Positions 56,437 to 64,000 of a DNA stretch of 64,000 bases are shown piece after piece. The position numbers and the translations under genes are program-made. This DNA comes from Candidatus Bathyarchaeota archaeon (GTDB lineage Archaea > Thermoproteota > Bathyarchaeia > 40CM-2-53-6), in the NCBI GenBank assembly GCA_963733055.1, contig CAVTBR010000003.1, positions 288,001-352,000 on the forward strand, given 5' to 3'. The notes beneath the pieces are model-generated. The model was given only the letters and a program-made list of their open reading frames with translations, had not been told where the DNA came from and ran no database searches. The first letter of the stretch is position 1. Every line of letters starts with the position of its first letter.

Positions 56437-58989
56437 CTACCCCGAGAAGAACGATTCGAGTTTCTTTACTCCCGCCAGGTCTTCCCATTCAACGCCCAAC
56501 GAGTCTAGGACCTGTTCGAATGTGCCGCGGATGTATTCGATGTATTTTTCGCTGTCAACTTCTTCTAACCTGGCCAACTGAACTGGTTTAACACCGGGCT
56601 CACCAGAACCTTCACAAATGAGACTATGTCCCCTGGTTTCATTTCCGTTCCCGCCTGCTGCAATTGCCGCGCCGCCTTGACATGTTGAGGCGTAGTCTTC
56701 GTGTAGTTCTCGGGTGTTCGGCTCATCATCATTGAGAACGCCAGGTCGCCTAGGGCGTATTGTTTGTTTCGCAGTTTCACGTAGCACTCCCGGACAATTT
56801 CGGTAATCCTCGCTTTAGCCGCCTCAATGTCTTCAGGAGTTTTGACTTGGCTCAGTGTGGATACCATTTCGTAGAAGGTGGCATGCAAGAATTGCGGGAT
56901 GTGCCTCTTCTTCCCGGTCAAGCCTTTGATGTCTACGTTTCCGTCGGGTAGGACTCCGAAGTAGTTCTTCTTTCTCGAACTCAAAGCCAAGTAACGATAA
57001 TTCTTGTCGATCTCAAGCTCCATCTTCAGCTGGCTCGTCGACCACTCAATCAACTTATTCAACGCGTCCGTATCGCGCGCTCCAAGAAAGATCGAATCAG
57101 TATCCCCGTAGAACACTTCGAGGTTCAAGTCCCGGGCCTTCTGCAGCGCTTGTGTGATCACGTGCCTTCCTATAGCCGCGGTCGCCTCAGCAACGGGCGG
57201 ACAGTAGAGTGCGAAGTTATCTGCTCCGAAGACGCCGTAGCTAGCGTTTAGTACAACTTTGGTTGCGTCTGAAACAACCTTGTACCAGCTCTTGAGGGTG
57301 GGCGGTAGGGTGCGGTCTTTGGATCGTACTTTGTAGCGGCTTACCCTCAGGTCCCTCAACGAGCCTATCAGCAAGCTTTCCAGCCCTCGCTTCCTTGTGC
57401 ACACCCAGTGTGGCGTTCCCGGGACCAGGTTCTTCCTACACGCCTCATCTTGGTGTGGGCAGCGGACGGTCTCGTAGCCTAAGTTCCATACTTTGATTAT
57501 GGAAGGGTATAGGGACGCGAAGTCTAACACAGCTACATTGAAGTGTACTCCGGGCTTCGGCTCAACCACGATCGCGCCCTTGTACTTCTTTCCTTTAATC
57601 ACGGCCTCAGTAGCCGTCTGACCCTTAACCTCAAGAATCTCATCCCTCCGCGGGATCAGGTAGTGCCGTTTTCGGTGGTGGCAGAACATGATACTTCTTA
57701 TCCACCCCGATACTCCCTGCCTTGAAACGTCGTCCAAAGTCATGTAGCTAATCCGCGAAAGCGCGGTCATCAGCTTCATCACGAGATCGTCATCAAAGGA
57801 GGTTAATTGAAGAACGATCTCAGAGTCTCGGTAACAGTAGACCGCCAAATCGCTATACGGAGCTTTCGTGAAGAAACCTTTTCGTTCGATCTCAACCTTG
57901 GCCGTGTTGATTAGGGCCTCGCCGACCGCATCGAGCGTATTCTCCCTGTACTTCTGCCCGAACGCGTAGATTTGGATGGAGCGGTTGAAGAAGAATTTGT
58001 AGAGGTCTAAGTGAACTCCGTATCTGAGAAACGCGACGTCACGGCCGAGCTCGATGGGTATTTCCTCGTTCTTGAACCCCAACCTCTGTGCACGGTGGTA
58101 TAGGTACTTGAGGTCGAAATCGTCGCCGTTGAAGGTTACGACTATCGGATAGTCGATTAATGTCAGAAACAGAGAGGTTAGAAGCTCTTCCTCAGTATCA
58201 TACAACTCCATGCTTGCGTTCGGGGGGAGCTGCGCATTGCCATCAGCAATCCCTTCTCGGCGTAGCAGTAGGATTCTGCTGTTGCCATCAGAACCGGCCA
58301 GGCTTGCACAAATGACCTTCTGTTCGGCAAGCTCGGGGTCTGGCACGCGGGTTTCAACCGCCTGCATGACCTCTATGTCGATCGCGGCCCTGCGATACTC
58401 CGGCACGGGACATTCGAGTAACCTCATCCATTCCCGTGCCAACTCCCTGTATTCCGGCGAATCGTCGCGAAACAGTTCATCGACGTCCTTTGACGCTTGT
58501 TCGGGTAAGCGATATTCGACTCGCGATAGTCGTTTGTCTTTGACCTCATACATCATTCCAGGTTCAATGCCCTGATCGTAGATGTAGTTCTCTACGTACT
58601 TGATATCCGCCTCCCAAGCGGTAATTGCGTCACGAATCGAACCGGTCGGCTTTCCACCAATCGTTAACGGATCTTTGGCGACAATCTTCGTCACTTTCGT
58701 GTCTATACCCCGCAACACATCAGAATCTTTCCCCAGATTCGAAATGATCAAAGCCGAAATTCTGTGCGACATCGTGAATTTTCTGAAGTTCAGGGATAGT
58801 CTGCTTGCTGAAGCAGTACGGCTTGTGGCCTGAATCGTCGAACCAGAAGTAGATCTTATGCGACTTCGGTTCGTAAAGGCGAAGGAAACACTTCCTGATG
58901 TCTCCATCATAACCTATAGAGACCAAGTATGATGGCGGAACCGTTGACGGAGTTGAGGGATGGAATAACAGTTCTTGCCGCTTGGGCAC
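56437..58989 (-). CDS. polB1: Family B DNA polymerase, PolB1 type (frameshifts near 58722 and 56606; true start may lie near 59062)
   Basis: L.LY, DSGHKPYC, WEADIKY..NY.YD, exonuclease DIEV / FNGDDFD / YCYRD, polymerase DFASLYPS, K...NASYG, YGDTDS, KKNY, KGL.GKK; C-terminal LESFF. Confidence 0.93.
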
Positions 58990-59145
58990 CGGTTTCGCGG
59001 GCTGCTTTAGGGCCGGGACCGGTTGCGTGAAAAAGCTTTCAAGCGTCCTCGCCGTTCGCCAAGCCTCCGAACAAGTCGCGTAGCACGCCAGCTTCCTACT
59101 AAATAAATGCGCAGTGCAAGTTCACACCAAGGTTTTGAATTATCC

Positions 59146-60466
59146 TTGACGAAAGATTCCCTCGCCCTAGCCATCGAGGCGCTAAGCTGGATGGCGTACA
59201 CGGGGATCGGAGAGCGAGGCGCTCTCCTCAAAGCATCCAAGCAGCTCGGGCTCAACAACCCGAGTGACCTTCGTCAAGCCCACCAGTCCATAATGGAAAC
59301 AACACGATTCCAGAATCGAGTCGACTGGCTAATCTCAAAGAGTGTCCCGGAGGAAAGAACCAAGCAGGCGTCCCACGGAGTACGAAGCCTGCTGAGAATA
59401 ATTGCCTATACCAGGTTCGTGGACCGGAAATCTCCTCATCAGTTGGAGGTTCTTGTGGGTTGGGCTAGACAGATATTTGGTTGGAGAGATCTCCAACCGT
59501 ATGAAGAGGATATAGGACGTTTAGTGTCCAGCAAACCGCACTATGCCTTTCGAGATTTGCCTGACATCGAGCGAATAGCCGTTGAAACCTGCCACCCGGC
59601 TTGGTATGCGGAACGACTGCTGCGGCTCTTCGGAAGATCCCTGGCATTGAAAATCCTGGCACGCAACCTACTCCCAGTTGCATCATATGCGCAGCCTGAA
59701 TCCACTAAGGAGCGCGGACACAGGCCTGGTAGAAAAGGAACTGAACGCTGTTAAGGTAAACGGAGTCGCGAATGCGTTTCTCTTGGATAAATCAAGTCAA
59801 CTCAACAGAGCGAAACTCTCGGCATCTGGTGAAATCGTGATTCAGGATTTAGCAAGTATCGTCGCCGGCCTAGTCGCTTCACCCAGAGCGGGAGAATCCG
59901 TGCTCGACGTTTGCGCCTCCCCCGGTAACAAGACAACTCACCTAGCTGCGCAAATGGACAACCTGGGTGAAATTTTGTCAATTGAATCTTCGCCCAACAG
60001 GATTATCCATTGGAGGCAGGAGGTTGCTCGTAACGGTTGTTCAATTGCCGTGCCGATTATGGCAGATGCCGCGAAACTCCCAATCAAGAATCAAGTTGAC
60101 GTAGCGCTGATCGACCCCCCGTGCTCAAACACCGGGGTGTTCGCTAGGGATCCCGTTAGCAAGTGGCGCGTCACATCGGCGCACATCGCGGAACTCGCTC
60201 TAGAGCAAAGTTCGATACTCCAAGCCGCATCTGAGCACGTACGTCCCGGGGGAACCTTAGTCTATTGTACCTGCAGCATCCTGCCCGAGGAAAACGAGTA
60301 CATCGTTGAGGCGTTTCTCAAGAAGAATCCCGACTTCAAATTGGCCCAACAAACGCCCTTTATTGGGTCGCCGGGACTTCGAGGGTTAACTAAGTGCCAG
60401 AGATTCTATTCGCACTTGCACGATTGCAACGGATACTTCATAGCAAGATTGGAAAGGGCGAATTAA
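59146..60466 (+). CDS. NOP2/Sun (RsmB-like) RNA m5C methyltransferase (frameshift near 59691)
   Basis: HP.W, IQD.AS, LDVCASPGNKTTHLA, DPPCS.TG, YCTCS..PEENE, GYFIA. Confidence 0.9.
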
Positions 60467-61353
60467 CCGCTTCTCGCTTTTTCGGCTTGGGCAATGACTT
60501 CGAATATTATGCGAGCGGCCGCTACGGCGGTTGCTCCTGAGTCATAGTTTGGGCATACCTCAACCAGGTCGAACCCAAGCATACGTTCGTCGGCTACGAC
60601 CCTCGCCAGGGACAGCAATTCTTCGGGCGCTAGGCCATTGAACTCTGGGTTTGAGACGCCCGGCGCAAAGGCCGGGTCTAGAGCATCGGAATCGATCGTG
60701 AGGTACGTGTGGCTGAACTTCTTCGTGAAGGCGGCTACACGTTCCGCAGCCTTTGCTAAGCCAGCGTCGCGGATTTCCCAGGGAGTCATCGTCTGAATCT
60801 TGTGCTGCTTGATGAAATCAACTTCTTCCTTGCAAAGGGCACGCACCCCAAGAACGAGTACGCCCTCGGTTCCGACTTTTTCCGTAATCCTCCGGAGCAC
60901 AGTCGCGTGAGATATCTTACCCCCTCCGTATTCGTCCCTGAGGTCGCCGTGGGCATCGAAACTCACCACGCCAACACGTTCCGGAAAGTTTCGAACCGGC
61001 GCTTGAGTGATTGTGTGTTCTCCACCGATCACTACAGGAATCTTCTTTGCCATTAGAATGTCCTTGGTCACAAGTTCGAGTCGCGAAAGTGTTTCGTCTG
61101 CATTATCTACTATGTGCAAATCACCCGCGTCATGGATAGGTACTCGTTCGAGGTCTACTCCGGTTCGAAGGCTGTAGGTCTCAATGTTCAACGAGGCGTC
61201 GCGAATAGCATGTGGCCCAAAACGGGAGCCTGCTCGGTATGTGCTCGTATGGTCATAGGGCACACCGATAACCACATAACGAGATTGGTCAAACGGTGTG
61301 GAGAACCCTGAGAAGTTATCAGTCTTTGAAGCGTGAAAACTAAGATTCTGCAT
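60463..61353 (-). CDS. speB: Agmatinase (ureohydrolase family)
   Basis: GSRFGP..IR, GGEHTIT, DAHGDLRD, SHAT, TIDSDALDP..APG, DLVEV.P. Confidence 0.93.
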   Translation of the reverse strand: MQNLSFHASKTDNFSGFSTPFDQSRYVVIGVPYDHTSTYRAGSRFGPHAIRDASLNIETYSLRTGVDLERVPIHDAGDLHIVDNADETLSRLELVTKDILMAKKIPVVIGGEHTITQAPVRNFPERVGVVSFDAHGDLRDEYGGGKISHATVLRRITEKVGTEGVLVLGVRALCKEEVDFIKQHKIQTMTPWEIRDAGLAKAAERVAAFTKKFSHTYLTIDSDALDPAFAPGVSNPEFNGLAPEELLSLARVVADERMLGFDLVEVCPNYDSGATAVAAARIIFEVIAQAEKARSG

Positions 61354-61439
61354 CGACGCGCGCCTCTTCCTTGGAATGGTAAACCTTTATGGCACCTCTT
61401 CTGGCGTAATAAGGCCTCGCAACAAGGAGCGGCGAAAGA

Positions 61440-61895
61440 TTGACAGAAACATTCACTGAACGAACTGCCGGAATTTGGCTACCAACAGTATTCTATGGAG
61501 TCGGCGGAGCTTACATGCTTGCGTTTTGGGCGATGTTCAGCCCTTCAGCCTACCACCTCCTAGCCCTAGGCGCAGTTTCCGTAGTAATCGCTGCGGCGCT
61601 TTACTCATTGTCCAGGTGGGCGTACTGGCTTGGGCTTTTCACATTCCCCTTGCTCGCTACTGAGTTCGTTTACGCCCTAACATTTTCCGTCAATATCGTA
61701 GGATGGTATCCTAATCCAACCGTCGCCGTATTCAACACGTCTATGGTGGTTTACTTGTTCTTTCTGTGCTTCTCATTTTTACTACTCATCGACCGGAGAA
61801 ATACCTTGAAGAGCGACAGATTTCTGGACAGGTTACGCGGATCGGTTTCTGGCGCCCCCAGTAGCCCAGAAACGCCTCAGACTTCGGGCGCTTAG
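61440..61895 (+). CDS. Hypothetical four-TM membrane protein
   Basis: Four hydrophobic segments; GGAG upstream of the TTG start. Confidence 0.7.
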   Translation: MTETFTERTAGIWLPTVFYGVGGAYMLAFWAMFSPSAYHLLALGAVSVVIAAALYSLSRWAYWLGLFTFPLLATEFVYALTFSVNIVGWYPNPTVAVFNTSMVVYLFFLCFSFLLLIDRRNTLKSDRFLDRLRGSVSGAPSSPETPQTSGA

Positions 61896-63202
61896 CCTTC
61901 TTTCGTAACCGAGATCGCACCGAGCTTCGGTGTTCTATAGAAGTACGAAGTCTTCGAGAATAGCCCTTCAATAACGGCCTTGGTGTTGCTCAGCAGCAAC
62001 CCATAAACAATCGCCCCCAAGTAGCCCAGATGAAACACCCTCTTCATCTTTGAAAGGCCGAACTGGGAGAACTCTGACAGCGCCACAGCCGAAGCTACGA
62101 GTGGCGCACTATAGATGACTAATGAGAGAAGAAAGGTGAATAGTGCAACTTGATAGCGCCAAAAGCCCAGCAACCAGAACGACGGTGGAAAAATAGCGTA
62201 ATAGAGCAGGGCCACAATGAGCCCCATGATGGTCAAGGGGCATATGAAATATGTGCCTAGATGCAGCAGGGCTTCGACTTTCTGGAAGAAACTCAATTTG
62301 TCGCTCCGCACGATGGCCCCACCGTACTTCCTGAGGCACTCCGAGAACCCTTTTGCCCATCTAAATTGCTGATGCCGCAGGTTATCGAAGCTCGGCGGAA
62401 TCTCACCTGGACAGACTACGGTTGGGACGTATATGTAGCGCCAACCTTTCAAATGCAATCTAATTGAGAGGTCTAAATCTTCAGCTAACGTCTCTGGGCT
62501 CCACCCCCCAGCGTCCACAATCGCCTGCCTTCGGAAAACACCGCATGTCCCGCTGAAGTGTGCTAGGAGATTCCCGACGTACCTGGCCCTCTGATCGACA
62601 AAGGCGTAAACATCGATAGCAAGCGATAGTGCCTTAGCGATCCACGAGAATTGGCCGTCCAAGTAACTCCAACGAGATTGTACAAAGGCCACCTTATCGT
62701 TCACGTAGACGTAAGGAACCATCTTTTTCAGAAAATCATGAGGGGGAACATAGTCTGCATCAAACAGCGCGATCAGTTCCCCCTTGCTTCGTTCGAGTGC
62801 GACCTGCAACGCGCCAGCCTTGAACCCAGTTCGGTCGTCTCTATGAATGACTTTTACCAAGCCGGGATATTTGCTCTGAAAACTCTCTACCACCTTAGTA
62901 GTGCCGTCAGTAGAATCATCAACAACGACTATCTCGAGCCTATCACGTGGATAATCTAACCCAACGCATGCCTTGACTAGGCGGCCCGCGACTCGTTCTT
63001 CGTTGAATAGCGGAAGGTGAATCGAGACAAGTGGCCAAGACTCTAATGGCGGCGGGGTCGCGATCTTTCTCCTGCCTCGAATCGAAAGGAGGCTCAAGAC
63101 CCAAACGTTGATCGCATAGATAGAGATCAATCCAGTAATTGTGGCGACTAGAACAAGGACCAATTGCTGAATGCTGGAGAGGTTGCCGGGGAACGAATAC
63201 AT
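61892..63202 (-). CDS. Processive GT2 (cellulose/glucomannan synthase-like) glycosyltransferase
   Basis: P.FNE, DDSTD, GFKAGAL, DAD, AEDLD, QQFRW (QxxRW); C-terminal TMs. Confidence 0.93.
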   Translation of the reverse strand: MYSFPGNLSSIQQLVLVLVATITGLISIYAINVWVLSLLSIRGRRKIATPPPLESWPLVSIHLPLFNEERVAGRLVKACVGLDYPRDRLEIVVVDDSTDGTTKVVESFQSKYPGLVKVIHRDDRTGFKAGALQVALERSKGELIALFDADYVPPHDFLKKMVPYVYVNDKVAFVQSRWSYLDGQFSWIAKALSLAIDVYAFVDQRARYVGNLLAHFSGTCGVFRRQAIVDAGGWSPETLAEDLDLSIRLHLKGWRYIYVPTVVCPGEIPPSFDNLRHQQFRWAKGFSECLRKYGGAIVRSDKLSFFQKVEALLHLGTYFICPLTIMGLIVALLYYAIFPPSFWLLGFWRYQVALFTFLLSLVIYSAPLVASAVALSEFSQFGLSKMKRVFHLGYLGAIVYGLLLSNTKAVIEGLFSKTSYFYRTPKLGAISVTKEG

Positions 63203-63307
63203 TGCATGGTCCTTCTAGCAGTGGAAAACGACGTAACTTGGCATGGGGTATAAGGCTTTTCAAGCAAGGGCGCAGAGCGGGCGTGAAGCAAAGTCACCTC
63301 GGAATGG

Positions 63308-63835
63308 GTGGGTCGGGACACGAAACAGATTGACAAGGCAATGGCGTTCGCGGGGTTCTTGCTCCTAACACTTGCAGTAGTAATTATCGTGTATTACGCA
63401 ATCACGATTCCAGCCGAGGGATCGTTCGGTGAACGGTACGTTACCACCGTAATTTCTCCGCCCTACCCGTTGAATCAAATTACAACTTTCAAGCCAGTGA
63501 CCTTGATGACCTACTTCTTCTTCTGTGGAACCGTTTTCGTGTTGGAAGTAAACAAGGACCGCCTCAGTCGTGTCGGTACGCGTGGCGTAAGGGCCATACT
63601 GTTAACGGCCTCTTTCGCTGCGGGATACGAATTTCTCTGGAACATGTTCGCTTGGTTCACCACTTGGTTTAGGAACGGCGGATCCCTGGATCTAACAGCA
63701 AACACGTTCCACGCCCATATTTTTCCCCCCGTGAATTTCAATTTCGCAACAAAAGTATCCTTCCTGATCTTCGCCTTGTGCCTCTACTGTTGGCATTTCC
63801 TCCAAAAGATACCCAAGAAAGACGCTCAACAGTGA
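63308..63835 (+). CDS. Hypothetical multi-TM membrane protein
   Basis: Four hydrophobic segments; YE..WN...W and PVNF.FATK motifs. Confidence 0.7.
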   Translation: MGRDTKQIDKAMAFAGFLLLTLAVVIIVYYAITIPAEGSFGERYVTTVISPPYPLNQITTFKPVTLMTYFFFCGTVFVLEVNKDRLSRVGTRGVRAILLTASFAAGYEFLWNMFAWFTTWFRNGGSLDLTANTFHAHIFPPVNFNFATKVSFLIFALCLYCWHFLQKIPKKDAQQ

Positions 63836-63877
63836 TTTTCAAGGTCCCCTTTTCGGCCGAAGTACAGTCACAACCAT

Positions 63878-64000
63878 TCAACTCGACCTACTATGGCGAA
63901 CAGGTGCGGATGGAATGGGTTTCTGCATCAATGCCCTGTTTATGTAGCATCTTGAGCAGGACACAAGTGGACGCTTTCCTCTCGACTTCACTTGAATCAA
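63878..64000 (-). CDS. 3' end of a gene entering from the right; zinc-ribbon-like tail, possibly DNA topoisomerase IA
   Basis: Manual translation LIQVKSRGKRPLVSCSRCYINR...* resembles the I.V...GKRP...C..C end of archaeal TopA; only 40 codons visible. Confidence 0.35.
   Translation of the reverse strand: MIQVKSRGKRPLVSCSRCYINRALMQKPIPSAPVRHSRSS

Noticed and set aside
56437-58989. PolB pseudogene, split polymerase, intein or programmed frameshift
   Set aside because: All catalytic motifs are intact, there is no intein-sized insertion or slippery site, and similar single indels occur throughout the window
175-63741. Numerous 60-190-aa ORFs antisense to or nested within the called genes
   Set aside because: Shadow ORFs without motifs, expected at this GC content

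Overview
Archaeal (TACK-type, most consistent with Bathyarchaeia by inference) chromosomal window, densely coding, with many TTG starts. (1) 1-20.6 kb is a cell-surface locus: two GT-C-like membrane glycosyltransferases, a soluble KaiC/RAD55 ATPase, a 1456-aa secreted PEF-tailed protein (candidate S-layer/major surface protein), a receptor-like ectodomain-TM-KaiC ATPase fusion, a VapBC-type TA pair, a PGF-tailed M6 metalloprotease, a small PEF-tailed paralog of the giant protein's last domain, an archaeosortase, and an ectodomain-TM-zinc-ribbon protein. (2) 20.6-26.6 kb holds mixed housekeeping genes. (3) 26.6-41.7 kb is a catabolic island: xdhC, APC permease, metallophosphoesterase, putative nucleotidyltransferase, three-subunit molybdo-hydroxylase, ALDH, class III aminotransferase, deacetylase, 3-hydroxyacyl-CoA dehydrogenase, aldolase and GarR. 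(4) 41.9-64 kb has more surface proteins plus core genes: rpo6, thermosome, DegT, ArcE/cDPGS-like enzyme, eS25, pyrF, cofE, PolB1, NOP2/RsmB, speB and a GT2. About 8-9 single-base frameshifts, including in PolB1, most likely reflect sequencing/assembly indels. No rRNA, tRNA, CRISPR array or transposase was recognised. All calls are by-eye motif recognition, with no database search.
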